Source: Clostridia bacterium
GTDB lineage: Bacteria > Bacillota > Clostridia > Oscillospirales > UBA644
Length of the DNA stretch: 64,000 bases
Assembly (NCBI GenBank): GCA_017621705.1
Contig: JAGASR010000035.1
Location: 49,549 to 113,548, forward strand
Direction of reading: 5' to 3'
How positions within the stretch are numbered: the stretch's first letter is position 1; each line of letters starts with the position of its first letter. The notes beneath the pieces are model-generated. The model searched no databases and was not told where the DNA came from. It was given only the letters and a program-made list of their open reading frames with translations. This document shows, one piece after another, positions 7,343 through 16,845 of this stretch. The translations under genes and the position numbers were made by a program.

Positions 7343-7364
7343 GAAAAAAGAAGGATTTGTCAAG

Positions 7365-7394
7365 AAAAAGTTCCCCGAAAAAAACTCGGGGAAC
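7365..7394 (-). terminator. rho-independent terminator of the 7411-8832 gene
   Basis: Minus strand: GTTCCCCGA-loop-TCGGGGAAC followed by TTTTT. Confidence 0.8.
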
Positions 7395-7410
7395 GTATTA
7401 TACATATAAA

Positions 7411-8832
7411 TTAACCTGCTTCGCCCCAGACAGCTTCGATGCCGCGCATAGAGGGAAGAAGATGCTCTTCGATAAGAGCTTCGATCTCGTCCCTGTGCGC
7501 TTCGATATATTCGGCGGTCGTTTTGTTGTAAGTGAGCCACTCGTGCATCTGATCATACATCTGATAATGGAAATACGTGTAGTCCGCACTGAAGAACATA
7601 TTATAGAAAACATCCGAGTCGCGCTTATCGTAAAAATAGTTACGGGTCATGAGCGCGAGGATATCGTCGAGCGTCTGATACTCTTCGAACGGTTCATAGA
7701 TAGCGCTTATAATTGCGGCTGTAGCTTCGGGATGTTTAGACATACGTGAAAACGAAATACATCTTTCGATATTATGAAGGAAACCGAAAGTATATCCGGG
7801 TTCGACATCCGGACCGGTGGGCCAGGTTACGAGACCGAAGTTATCCATTTCCTTTGCAATTCTCGAGCCGAGACCGATTATGCTTTCCGAATAGAGAGAG
7901 CCGAGAACGGTCGTTCCGTTGATAAGAGCATCAACGGGTTCGGTCGTACTGTCGATAGTATGAGCAAGAGGTCCGTAGAAAATATCGCGGCCCGTATCCA
8001 TCGCTTTGATAGCTTCCGGAGTGAAAAAGCCGTATTCATATTCGCCTTTATCATTCTTTTCAACATAATGAGAACCGTTGGAAAGAAGGAACATATCGCC
8101 GAAAGTATGAGTACTGCAGGTCATGGCATAGTGTTTAACGTCACTGCCTTCGGCAACATAGTAAAGCTCGAGGACTTCCTTGAATTTGTCCCATGTCCAT
8201 TCACCGTTTTCGAGAAGATCACGTGGATCAGTCGCACCGAGAGTTGCTATATGGTTTTCATTGATAACGATCGGACAGCCGAACGATACGGAAACTTCGG
8301 GCCAGAGCAGAGGCACGATGCCGTAAAGGTCATCTTCATAATAAATAACCTCGAGCATATTTCTGTAGCCCCATTTGGCTTCGTTTCTGTAATCTATATA
8401 TTCTTCGATCTCGGACATACCTACGAGCATACCGAGACGAGCGACATCCGCCCACATATCGGAAATACCGGAAATAACATCGCAGAAAAATGCACCGCTC
8501 GCCGATGCCGCAACGAAATTACGGCAGGAATAATAGTTATCGGTATATTTGATATCGAGCTTGCAGTTAAGCCTTTCCTGAACATCTTTAAGGCGCTGAA
8601 CCGCCATATCGCCGAACTGAGTATCAAGTTCGTAACCGAGACAGCTGTCAAACGCAAGAGCCGCAGCCGTAAGACCGACTTCATAAACGATCTCTACGCC
8701 TTCAAGATCAAGTTCACCTGCTTTTTTGACAAAATCAACGTCAAAAACTTCTTCTTCCGCAGAAGCGTTGCACGCCGTTGCAATCAAAGAAATAAGCATC
8801 GCAAGAAGCAATAGTTTAGTTATTTTTTTCAT
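7411..8832 (-). CDS. solute-binding-like lipoprotein, tandem paralog 1 (family assignment tentative)
   Basis: The start was moved to ATG 8832 (MKKITKLLLLAMLISLIATAC lipobox, RBS GAGGAG). Alignable along its full length with the three neighbouring genes. The GEWTWDKFKEVLELY region resembles type-1 sugar SBPs. Confidence 0.6.
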   Translation of the reverse strand: MKKITKLLLLAMLISLIATACNASAEEEVFDVDFVKKAGELDLEGVEIVYEVGLTAAALAFDSCLGYELDTQFGDMAVQRLKDVQERLNCKLDIKYTDNYYSCRNFVAASASGAFFCDVISGISDMWADVARLGMLVGMSEIEEYIDYRNEAKWGYRNMLEVIYYEDDLYGIVPLLWPEVSVSFGCPIVINENHIATLGATDPRDLLENGEWTWDKFKEVLELYYVAEGSDVKHYAMTCSTHTFGDMFLLSNGSHYVEKNDKGEYEYGFFTPEAIKAMDTGRDIFYGPLAHTIDSTTEPVDALINGTTVLGSLYSESIIGLGSRIAKEMDNFGLVTWPTGPDVEPGYTFGFLHNIERCISFSRMSKHPEATAAIISAIYEPFEEYQTLDDILALMTRNYFYDKRDSDVFYNMFFSADYTYFHYQMYDQMHEWLTYNKTTAEYIEAHRDEIEALIEEHLLPSMRGIEAVWGEAG

Positions 8833-8854
8833 AGTTTTCTCCTCTTTTATTTTA

Positions 8855-8883
8855 AGTATAACAGATATACGATGCATTGTCAA
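8855..8883 (-). promoter_or_regulatory. promoter of paralog 1
   Basis: TTGACA (8883-8878), 17 nt, TGT-TATACT (8860-8855). Confidence 0.75.
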
Positions 8884-8886
8884 TAC

Positions 8887-8916
8887 AAAAAACTCCCCGA
8901 AGGAATTCTTCGGGGG
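8887..8916 (-). terminator. terminator of paralog 2
   Basis: Minus strand: CCCCGAAG-AATTC-CTTCGGGG followed by AGTTTTTT. Confidence 0.8.
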
Positions 8917-8932
8917 ATTTATACCGTAAAAA

Positions 8933-10345
8933 TTATTCAGCTTTGCCGTAAACAGCTTCAAGACCGCGCATTGCGGGAGCGGCATATTTTTCTATGTTTT
9001 CCGCAGCATAGTCTTCGTTTGATTCAAGATATTCCGTTACAGATTTATTAGAAGTAAGCCAACCGCCTAAAAGACCCGACATACCTTCGTTGAAATACAT
9101 ATAATAAGAGTTAATATACATTCCGTAATAAACTTCGGCATCGCGTCTGTCGAAGAAATAAGTCCTGGTCATAAAATCAATAACAGAGTCCATGTTGGGA
9201 TATTCTTTAAACGGTTCATAGAGTGCGCTGATAGCCACTGCGGCGGCTTCGGATTGCTGTGAACTTCGAGAAAAAGCGATACAGCTATGAATATTTGAAT
9301 AATATCCGAAAACATATCCGGGTTCAACATCCGGTCCATGCGGCCATGAAAGAAGACCGAAATTTGACATTTCACGCGCAATTCTGCCCCTTACGCCAAC
9401 CACTTCGTATGATCTTAAAGCACCGAGCACGGTTTTTCCCGAAAGCAGATTATCCGTGCAAACATCGTATGATTGCTTACAGATTGTATGAGAATTTGGG
9501 CCGTTAAATATTTCAATACCGCGTTCCATGGCTTTCTTTGCTTCTTCAGTATATAAACCGGAAACATATTCACCTTTTTCGTCTTTTTCAACAAATGTAG
9601 AACCGTTCGAAAATGCGAACATGGAAGCAAACATTCCTGCATCTGCTGTGAGAGAATAATGCTTGATCTCTCCGCCTTCTTCAACATAATATCTGCCGAG
9701 ACAATCTTCAAAAACATCCCATGTCCACTGCTTATTTTCAATATATTCTCTGGGGTCTGTCTCACCGATAGCCGCAATAAGATCTTCATTCACGACAATG
9801 GGGTCACGAATATAAACGGAAAGTTCCGGCCAAAGAAGAGGAGTAAGACCGTAGATATCGTCTTCGTAAGCCATGATTTCAAGCATATTCCGATAGCCCC
9901 ACTTCGATTCATTTGTATAATCGATATAATCTCCGAGCTCGGAAAGGCCGACAAGCATACCGACTCTCGCCGCTTGAACCAACGGTCCAGAAGCGCCCAT
10001 GGCTACGTCTGAAATAAACGTACCCGAAACAGCGGCGGTTAAATATTCCGTAGGATCTCCGACGCCGCTCAATAATTCAAATGTACAGTTAAGATTTTTT
10101 TCAACCTCATCAAGACGTTCAGCCGCCATATCAGCAAAAACCGTATCAATTTCGTAACCGAGGAAAGTATCTGCCTGACTTTCTGCAAGATATACCTTAT
10201 AAACAATATTTGCGCCTTCAAGATCTACACCTGAAGAACTCGAAGTAAAATCCATATCAAAAACTTCGGGCTCGGTAGAACCGCACGCAGAAGCAAATAC
10301 GGAAATAAGCATTGCAAGAAGTAATATTTTAGCTATCTTTTTCAT
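8933..10345 (-). CDS. solute-binding-like lipoprotein, tandem paralog 2
   Basis: MKKIAKILLLAMLISVFASAC lipobox. Shares blocks such as KWGYRNMLE, YEDDxYG, LLWPE and FSR with paralogs 1, 3 and 4. Confidence 0.6.
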   Translation of the reverse strand: MKKIAKILLLAMLISVFASACGSTEPEVFDMDFTSSSSGVDLEGANIVYKVYLAESQADTFLGYEIDTVFADMAAERLDEVEKNLNCTFELLSGVGDPTEYLTAAVSGTFISDVAMGASGPLVQAARVGMLVGLSELGDYIDYTNESKWGYRNMLEIMAYEDDIYGLTPLLWPELSVYIRDPIVVNEDLIAAIGETDPREYIENKQWTWDVFEDCLGRYYVEEGGEIKHYSLTADAGMFASMFAFSNGSTFVEKDEKGEYVSGLYTEEAKKAMERGIEIFNGPNSHTICKQSYDVCTDNLLSGKTVLGALRSYEVVGVRGRIAREMSNFGLLSWPHGPDVEPGYVFGYYSNIHSCIAFSRSSQQSEAAAVAISALYEPFKEYPNMDSVIDFMTRTYFFDRRDAEVYYGMYINSYYMYFNEGMSGLLGGWLTSNKSVTEYLESNEDYAAENIEKYAAPAMRGLEAVYGKAE

Positions 10346-10366
10346 AATTTTCTCCTCTTTTCTTTA

Positions 10367-10396
10367 AGTATAACACAAAGAACGGTGGTTTGTCAA
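10367..10396 (-). promoter_or_regulatory. promoter of paralog 2
   Basis: TTGACA (10396-10391), 18 nt, TGT-TATACT (10372-10367). Confidence 0.7.
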
Positions 10397-10428
10397 GAAA
10401 AAAAGTTCCACGGTTTTCCCGTGGAACT
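10397..10428 (-). terminator. terminator of paralog 3
   Basis: Minus strand: AGTTCCACG-loop-CGTGGAACT followed by TTTTTTT. Confidence 0.8.
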
Positions 10429-10444
10429 TATCATAAACAAAATT

Positions 10445-11866
10445 TTATTCAGCGTCGCCCCAGACAGCTTCGATACCGCGCATGGTGGGGAGAATATATT
10501 CTTCGAGACGTTCATTCATCATATCTTCATTTGCTTCGATGAATTCAGTGGGAGTTTTGCCTGATGTGATCCACTGATGGAACATTCCGTACATACCGCT
10601 GTAATGGAAATATGTATAATCGGAGTTAAAATACATATCGTAGAAAACTTCGGAGTCACGTCTGTCGTAGAAATAGTTACGTGTCATAAGATCGATGATG
10701 CTGTCGAGAGTTTCGTAGCCTTCGAACGGTTCATATATTGCATTGATGATGGTTGCTGCGACCTCGGGATGCTTGGAAACGCGAGAGAAAGCGATACATC
10801 TTTCGATATTACTGTGAATACCGAATGCATAACCGGGGTCGACATCGGGACCGGTCGGCCAGGAAAGGATACCGAAATTATCCATTTCCTTTGCAATTCT
10901 CGAACCGAGACCGATAATACTATCGGAGTTTACGGCGCTCATAACGGTCGTGCCGCCGAGGATTGCTTCTACAGCGTCGGTCTTTTTATCGATAGTTTCG
11001 CCGAGAGTACCGCGGAAAATATCGATACCTTCATCCATCGCCTTCATAGCTCTGGAGGTAAAGAAACCGGGGATAAATTCACCTTTTTCATCTTTTTCGG
11101 CATAGTGAGAACCGTTGGAAAGGATAAACATATTGCCGAAAGTCGCATCGGAACAGGTAAGAGCGTAATGTTTAACTTCACTGCCTTCTTTGACATAATA
11201 AAGTTCAAGCACTTCGCGGAACTTTTCCCATGTCCATTCGCCGTTTTCGAGATAATCACGGGGATCAGTCGCACCGAGCTGAGAGATAAGCTCTTCATTG
11301 ACAACGAGAGGACTGCCGTACGAAACGGAAACTTCGGGCCAGAGAAGAGGAACAAGGCCATAGAGGTCGTCTTCATAATAAACGACTTCGAGCATATTTC
11401 TGTAGCCCCATTTAGCTTCGTTTCTGAAATCGATATAATCTTCGAGTTCGGACATACCGATTACCATGCCGATACGGGCAACATCCGCCCACATATCGGA
11501 AGTACCTGAAATAACGTCACACATAAAAGTGCCGCTGGCGGAACAAGCAACGAAATTTCGGCAGGAAACACCGTTATTTACATAATTTGTTTTAACGACG
11601 CAGTTGAGATTTTCCTGAACGTCTTTAAGTCTCTGAACCGCAAGATCACCGAACTGTGTATCAAGTTCGTAACCGAGACAGTTATCGTATGCGAGCGCGG
11701 CATCCGTAAGACCTATCTCATAAACGATCTCGATACCCTCAAGGTCGATCTTGCCTGCTTCTTTGACAAAGTCCATATCAAAAACTTCCGGTTCGGCAGA
11801 GCCGCACGCTGAAGCAAATACGGAAATAATCATCGCAAGAAGTAATATTTTAGCTATCTTTTTCAT
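10445..11866 (-). CDS. solute-binding-like lipoprotein, tandem paralog 3
   Basis: Same lipobox N-terminus. By eye it is the closest relative of paralog 1. Confidence 0.6.
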   Translation of the reverse strand: MKKIAKILLLAMIISVFASACGSAEPEVFDMDFVKEAGKIDLEGIEIVYEIGLTDAALAYDNCLGYELDTQFGDLAVQRLKDVQENLNCVVKTNYVNNGVSCRNFVACSASGTFMCDVISGTSDMWADVARIGMVIGMSELEDYIDFRNEAKWGYRNMLEVVYYEDDLYGLVPLLWPEVSVSYGSPLVVNEELISQLGATDPRDYLENGEWTWEKFREVLELYYVKEGSEVKHYALTCSDATFGNMFILSNGSHYAEKDEKGEFIPGFFTSRAMKAMDEGIDIFRGTLGETIDKKTDAVEAILGGTTVMSAVNSDSIIGLGSRIAKEMDNFGILSWPTGPDVDPGYAFGIHSNIERCIAFSRVSKHPEVAATIINAIYEPFEGYETLDSIIDLMTRNYFYDRRDSEVFYDMYFNSDYTYFHYSGMYGMFHQWITSGKTPTEFIEANEDMMNERLEEYILPTMRGIEAVWGDAE

Positions 11867-11891
11867 ATTTCAGTTCCTTTACAGTTTTTTC

Positions 11892-11921
11892 AGTATAGCA
11901 CGAAAAACGGTAATTTGTCAA
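11892..11921 (-). promoter_or_regulatory. promoter of paralog 3
   Basis: TTGACA (11921-11916), 18 nt, TGC-TATACT (11897-11892). Confidence 0.7.
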
Positions 11922-11963
11922 GAAAAATTTTTGTTTTTTCAAGAAACTTCTATTGTCAAGCAC

Positions 11964-11988
11964 AAAAACTCCCTCGGATGAGGGAGTT
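11964..11988 (-). terminator. terminator of paralog 4
   Basis: Minus strand: AACTCCCTC-ATCC-GAGGGAGTT running into TTTTT. Confidence 0.75.
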
Positions 11989-12014
11989 TTGAATGTCTGA
12001 ATATCTTTTATATA

Positions 12015-13433
12015 TTATTCTTCGCCCCAGAGAGCATCGATACCGCGAACGGAAGGAAGAACGTATTCGTTGATATCGTTTGTGATCTTTTCGGTATTGG
12101 CTTCGATATATTCGACGATAGATTTATTGGAAGAGAGCCAGTCCTGAGTGGAGCCGTGCAGACCGTAATGGAAATAGTTATATTCGGATGAACGGAACAT
12201 ATCATAGAAGACTTTAGCATCTCGTCTGTCGAAGAAATAGCTGTGAGCCATATGGTCGATGATATCGTCGAGAGTTTCGTAACCTTCAAACGGTTCATAG
12301 ATCGCATTGATTATAGCCGCGGTTGCTTCGGGATTATGAGAAGCGCGGGAGAATGCAATACACATTTCAATATTGGAATGTGTAGCAAAATTGTAGCCGG
12401 GTTCAACATCGGGACCGATAGGCCAGGAAAGGATACCGAAGTTATCCATTTCTTTGGTGATTCTGGAACCGATAGTGACGATCTTGTCGCCGTTCATAGC
12501 GCCCATAACGGTTTTGCCGCTGATAAGGGAGTCTACAGCGTCGGATTTACCGTCGATAGTGTGAGCGGTATCACCGTAATAGATATCGTTTGCAGCTTCC
12601 ATAGCTTTGATCGCAGTATCGGAAATAAAACCAGGGACATATTTACCGTTAGCATCTTTTTCAGCGTAAAGGTCGCCGTTTGAACGTACAAACATAGCGG
12701 CAAAAGCGCCTGTGCCGCAGGTGAGAGCGTAATGTTTTACTTCGCCGCCCTCTTCGACATAGTAAAGTTCGAGAACTTCTTTGAATTTATCCCAGGTCCA
12801 TTCGCCGTTTTCGATATAGTCACGCGGGTCTGTAGCACCGATGGAAGCAATAATATTTTCGTTTACAACGATGGGAGATTCGAAAGTGATTGCAATCTCG
12901 GGCCAGAGAAGAGGAATTACGCCGTAAAGGTCGTCTTCGTAATAAACGACTTTAAGCATATTTCTGTAGCCCCATTTTTCTTCGTTGCGGTAGTCGATAA
13001 AGTCTTCAAGTTCGGACATACCTACAACCATGCCTATACGGGCAACGTCTGCCCACATATCAGAAATACCGGAAATCGCGTCACACATAAAAGTGCCGCT
13101 GGCGGATGCCGCAACGAAAAGACCGCAGGACGAGCCTTTTTCTCTGTAATTTACGTTTACTTTACAGTTGAGCTGTTCCTGAACATCTTTAAGTCTCTGT
13201 GCGGCGAGGTCTCCGAACGGAGTATCGACTTCGTAGCCGAGGCAGGACTCCATACCGAGAGCCGAAGACGGAAGACCGAATTCATATACCATTTCAAAGC
13301 CTTCAAGGTCGATACCCGAGCTTTCGCCGACAAAATCCATATCAAAAACTTCTTCTTCGGCCGTTGCGTTACAAGCTGTCGCGATAAGCGAGATAAGCAT
13401 GGCAAGAAGCAATATTTTTGCTATTTTCTTCAT
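12015..13433 (-). CDS. solute-binding-like lipoprotein, tandem paralog 4
   Basis: MKKIAKILLLAMLISLIATAC lipobox. Collinear with paralogs 1-3. Confidence 0.6.
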   Translation of the reverse strand: MKKIAKILLLAMLISLIATACNATAEEEVFDMDFVGESSGIDLEGFEMVYEFGLPSSALGMESCLGYEVDTPFGDLAAQRLKDVQEQLNCKVNVNYREKGSSCGLFVAASASGTFMCDAISGISDMWADVARIGMVVGMSELEDFIDYRNEEKWGYRNMLKVVYYEDDLYGVIPLLWPEIAITFESPIVVNENIIASIGATDPRDYIENGEWTWDKFKEVLELYYVEEGGEVKHYALTCGTGAFAAMFVRSNGDLYAEKDANGKYVPGFISDTAIKAMEAANDIYYGDTAHTIDGKSDAVDSLISGKTVMGAMNGDKIVTIGSRITKEMDNFGILSWPIGPDVEPGYNFATHSNIEMCIAFSRASHNPEATAAIINAIYEPFEGYETLDDIIDHMAHSYFFDRRDAKVFYDMFRSSEYNYFHYGLHGSTQDWLSSNKSIVEYIEANTEKITNDINEYVLPSVRGIDALWGEE

Positions 13434-13471
13434 AATTTATAATCCCCATTTCATGGTTTTATATTACTTTC

Positions 13472-13500
13472 AGTATAGCATAAATCGCATGCTTTGTCAA
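13472..13500 (-). promoter_or_regulatory. promoter of paralog 4
   Basis: TTGACA (13500-13495), 17 nt, TGC-TATACT (13477-13472). Confidence 0.75.
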
Positions 13501-13502
13501 TA

Positions 13503-13538
13503 CAAAACGGTCCTCCCCGAAAAGAGGAAGACCGTTTT
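13503..13538 (-). terminator. terminator of the isomerase gene
   Basis: Minus strand: imperfect stem AACGGTCTTCCTC / GAGGACCGTT followed by TTTG. Confidence 0.6.
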
Positions 13539-13552
13539 AATATGACGATTAA

Positions 13553-15034
13553 TTATCTGGTGAAGGGGTTTTCGGTGGGATACGGGAGTTCCTTGGGCTG
13601 GTTGTAGTAGATATTTTCTACGCCGAGAAGTCTCATAGCCGCAAAGAGAGTCTTACCGCAATGAGCAAAACCGATACCTGCGTGATGCGGGAAGCCGTTC
13701 TGAATAAGAACGTGACGGTAGAATCTGCCCATTTCTTTGATGCCGAATACGCCGATAGAACCGAAGGATTTCGGATCAACGTCGAGAACTTCGCCCTGAG
13801 CCATATAGGTTCTGAGCTGACCGTCAGCGGAACCGTGGAGTCTGAAGATGGTAACGTCGCCGTCTTTGATAGCGCCGTCGAGAGTACCGCGGGAGATATT
13901 GGGTTCGCTATCGGGTTCGAGAGTACGTTTCATGATAAGCTGATGCTTCATGACGGGTTTCTTGATAAGGCAAGCAGCGGTGTTGCCGCAGTGGAAGCCC
14001 ATGAAGAGATCGCTGTGTTTGTAACCTTCGATAGCGTTCTTTTCGTACATATCCTTGGGAACGGTGTTGTTAACGTCAAGGAGAGTTACGGGCTGCTGAG
14101 TTGCGCACTGGAGAATAAATTCGGAAAGTGCACCGTAAAGGTCAACTTCGCATGCAACGGGAATACCTCTTGCCGCAAGTCTGCCGTTTACATAGCAGGG
14201 AACGAAACCGAACTGGGTCTGGAATGCGGGCCAGCATTTGTTTGCGAAAACAACGTATTCGCTTGCGCCTTTATTCTTTTCAGCCCAGTCAAGAAGGGTA
14301 AGTTCGTACTGAGCGAGTTTTTCGAGAACGGTGGGGTATGTATTGCCGTCTTTGCCGAGTTCTTCAGCCATTTCAGCAACAACAGCGGGAATTCTTTCGT
14401 CGCCTTTATGTTCATTAAAGGAAGCGAAAAGGTCGAGTTCGGAGTTTTCCTGAATTTCAACACCGATATCGTAAAGCTGCTTGATGGGAGCGTTACATGC
14501 AACAAAGTCGAAAGGACGGGGGCCGAAAGAAATGATCTTGAGGCTCTTAACACCGATATAAACTCTTGCAATATCAACGAATTCACCGATCATGCCTGCA
14601 ACTTCGTCAGCAGTGCCTACGGGATATTCGGGGATATAGGGGTTGATCTTACGGAGAAGCATGTTAACGGACATACTGAGCATACCGCAGTAAGCGTCGC
14701 CTCTGCCGTCGATAAGGTCTTCGTCGGATTCTTCGGCAGCAGCTACGAACATAACGGGGCCGTTGAATTTCTGAGCGAGCATGGTTTCGGGACCTTCGGG
14801 ACCGAAGTTGCCGAGGAAAATAACAAGAGCATTAACGCCTGCAAGGTTGATCTCATTGAGAGCCGCCATAGCGTCTTTTTCGTTTTCAACGATAGTCTGC
14901 GCTTCGAATACGGAGATACCTGCTTTGTTGCATTCTGCAACGACAGCTTCTCTTCTTCTCTTACTTAAAGACATGGGAAAACAGTCACGGCTGACAGCAA
15001 CGATACCTGTTTTCACGGTAGGAATATTTATCAT
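13553..15034 (-). CDS. L-fucose/L-arabinose isomerase family protein
   Basis: Length of about 490 aa and an N-terminal pattern VKTGIVAVSRDCFP...ALVIFLGNFGPE typical of FucI-like sugar isomerases. ATG 15034 was chosen because it lies 10 nt after GGAG. ATG 15043 is the alternative. Confidence 0.7.
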   Translation of the reverse strand: MINIPTVKTGIVAVSRDCFPMSLSKRRREAVVAECNKAGISVFEAQTIVENEKDAMAALNEINLAGVNALVIFLGNFGPEGPETMLAQKFNGPVMFVAAAEESDEDLIDGRGDAYCGMLSMSVNMLLRKINPYIPEYPVGTADEVAGMIGEFVDIARVYIGVKSLKIISFGPRPFDFVACNAPIKQLYDIGVEIQENSELDLFASFNEHKGDERIPAVVAEMAEELGKDGNTYPTVLEKLAQYELTLLDWAEKNKGASEYVVFANKCWPAFQTQFGFVPCYVNGRLAARGIPVACEVDLYGALSEFILQCATQQPVTLLDVNNTVPKDMYEKNAIEGYKHSDLFMGFHCGNTAACLIKKPVMKHQLIMKRTLEPDSEPNISRGTLDGAIKDGDVTIFRLHGSADGQLRTYMAQGEVLDVDPKSFGSIGVFGIKEMGRFYRHVLIQNGFPHHAGIGFAHCGKTLFAAMRLLGVENIYYNQPKELPYPTENPFTR

Positions 15035-15058
15035 GTTGATCATTCTCCTTATATTAAT

Positions 15059-15475
15059 TTATAAACTTTTTTGTTTGTCAAGATAACTCTGCAAAAGAAC
15101 CGCCGCGGCAGCACTGTCGATAAGTCCGCGCTGTTTTTTGGAGTTCTTTTCGTTTTCGTGAAGCAATTTTGAGGCGATAACGGTGGTATACATTTCGCTT
15201 AAAAGCTCAACATCAAGCCCCGATGCTTCTCTCAAACGTACGGCGAACGCTTTGACGCGCTCCGCCATATCGCTTTCGCGCATATCCGTGCGCAAAGGAA
15301 GACCCATAATGATCTTTTCGGGACGGATATTTGCGATAACGGCAAGCAGTGCCGTGAGCATTTTATCTTCGTTTCGGGACGGAAGATGCTCGAGGGGGGT
15401 CGCGATCGTTCCCATAATGTCGGAAACGGCGAGTCCCGTACGGGAAAGCCCGTAGTCAACAGCCAATATTTTCAT
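15059..15475 (-). CDS. ruvX: Holliday junction resolvase-like protein RuvX/YqgF
   Basis: MKILAVDYGLSRTGLAVSD N-terminus, 138 aa. Confidence 0.85.
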   Translation of the reverse strand: MKILAVDYGLSRTGLAVSDIMGTIATPLEHLPSRNEDKMLTALLAVIANIRPEKIIMGLPLRTDMRESDMAERVKAFAVRLREASGLDVELLSEMYTTVIASKLLHENEKNSKKQRGLIDSAAAAVLLQSYLDKQKSL

Positions 15476-15488
15476 CTGTAAATCTCAA

Positions 15489-16808
15489 TCAATTATATTC
15501 GGGAAGCCAGCCTTTATGGGCAACGATAAGATCATCGCACATCGCACGGATATCGTCGATAGAAAGTTCTGCGGCGGTGTGGGGATCCATCATAGCAGCC
15601 TGGTAGATATAATCTTTCTTCTTTGTTACAGCCGCCTTGATCGCAAGAAGCTGAACGTTGATATTCGTTCTGTTCATTGCGGCACACTGCTCGGGAAGAG
15701 CGCCGACATAACAGGGGTTGACACCGTTTCTGTCGATCATGCAGGGAACCTCGACGCACGCCTCGGACGGAAGATTCGTTATAAGGCCCGTGTTGAGGAC
15801 GTTGCCGTGTATTCTGTACGGAATATCGGTTTCCATTGCATTAATGATATACGATGCGAATTCGCCCGTTCTGCTATGCTCGAGATCTTTATTGTTGGTA
15901 AGATCTTCGCGCATTTTATTCCAGCCTTCGATCTGATTTACGCAACGACGGGGATATTCATCGAGGGGAATATTGTAACGTTCGATAAGTTCGGGATATT
16001 TATCCTTGATGAAATACGGCATATACTCGGAGTTATGCTCGGAAGACTCGGTAACGTAATAGCCGAATTTTTTCATAATATCGAGACGTACAAGGTCCCA
16101 GCCGCAATGCTCGCGGATATAAGCATCGTCGTTTGTACGTTCTTTGAGCATGGGATAAAGATCGTTGCCGTCGAGGTCGGTAATTTCGTAAAGCCATGCC
16201 TGATGGTTGATACCTGCGATCTTCCATTTCATGTTCTTTACCATATCGCCGAAACCGAGTTCGTTAAGAAGACCGGAAGCACAGCCCTGAACGCTGTGGC
16301 AAAGGCCGACGGTCGGAACATCGGTATAACGCTGCATCGCACCCGAAAGCATAGCCATGGGGTTCGTGTAGTTGATAAACAAAGCATCTTTATGCGCATA
16401 TTTTTTGATATCTTCTGCGATATCAAACATTACGGGGATCGTACGGAGAGCACGGAAGATGCCGCCGATGCCGAGAGTATCGGCGATCGTCTGACGAAGA
16501 CCGTATTTCTTTGGTATCTCAAAGTCGGTGATCGTGCAGGGATCGTAGCCGCCTACCTGAATTGCGTTAACGATATATTTTGCGCCCTTGAGAGCTTCCG
16601 CACGGTCGAGGGTCGCTGTGATCTTTGCGTTTGCTTTATATTTTTCGTTAAGGTTTGATATCATTCTGTAGCTGTCGTCAAGACGAACGGGGTCGATATC
16701 GTAAAGAGCAACTTCAAGTCCGTTTAACTCGGGAACAAGGAAGCAGTCGCCGATAACGTTTTTCGCAAAAACGGTACTGCCCGCACCGATAAAAGTCAAC
16801 TTAGGCAT
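15489..16808 (-). CDS. GH4 family glycosidase (alpha-galactosidase/alpha-glucosidase type)
   Basis: NAD-binding N-terminus KLTFIGAGSTVFAKN, plus the NYTNPM and GLCHSVQG motifs. Confidence 0.85.
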   Translation of the reverse strand: MPKLTFIGAGSTVFAKNVIGDCFLVPELNGLEVALYDIDPVRLDDSYRMISNLNEKYKANAKITATLDRAEALKGAKYIVNAIQVGGYDPCTITDFEIPKKYGLRQTIADTLGIGGIFRALRTIPVMFDIAEDIKKYAHKDALFINYTNPMAMLSGAMQRYTDVPTVGLCHSVQGCASGLLNELGFGDMVKNMKWKIAGINHQAWLYEITDLDGNDLYPMLKERTNDDAYIREHCGWDLVRLDIMKKFGYYVTESSEHNSEYMPYFIKDKYPELIERYNIPLDEYPRRCVNQIEGWNKMREDLTNNKDLEHSRTGEFASYIINAMETDIPYRIHGNVLNTGLITNLPSEACVEVPCMIDRNGVNPCYVGALPEQCAAMNRTNINVQLLAIKAAVTKKKDYIYQAAMMDPHTAAELSIDDIRAMCDDLIVAHKGWLPEYN

Positions 16809-16845
16809 AATGATCGTACCTTTCTTCAGAATTATTTATATAAAT

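Noticed and set aside
7358-7363. A second TTGACA lies upstream of the araD promoter (tandem CTTGACAAA copies 21 bp apart).
   Set aside because: No -10-like hexamer follows at 16-19 nt. It is probably a local duplication or an UP-like element rather than an independent promoter.
8833-8985. A 51-codon N-terminal extension of paralog 1 (the ORF track gives 524 aa).
   Set aside because: The extension runs through the gene's own promoter and the terminator and 3' end of the upstream gene. The lipoprotein signal peptide begins at the internal ATG 8832, which is preceded by GAGGAG.
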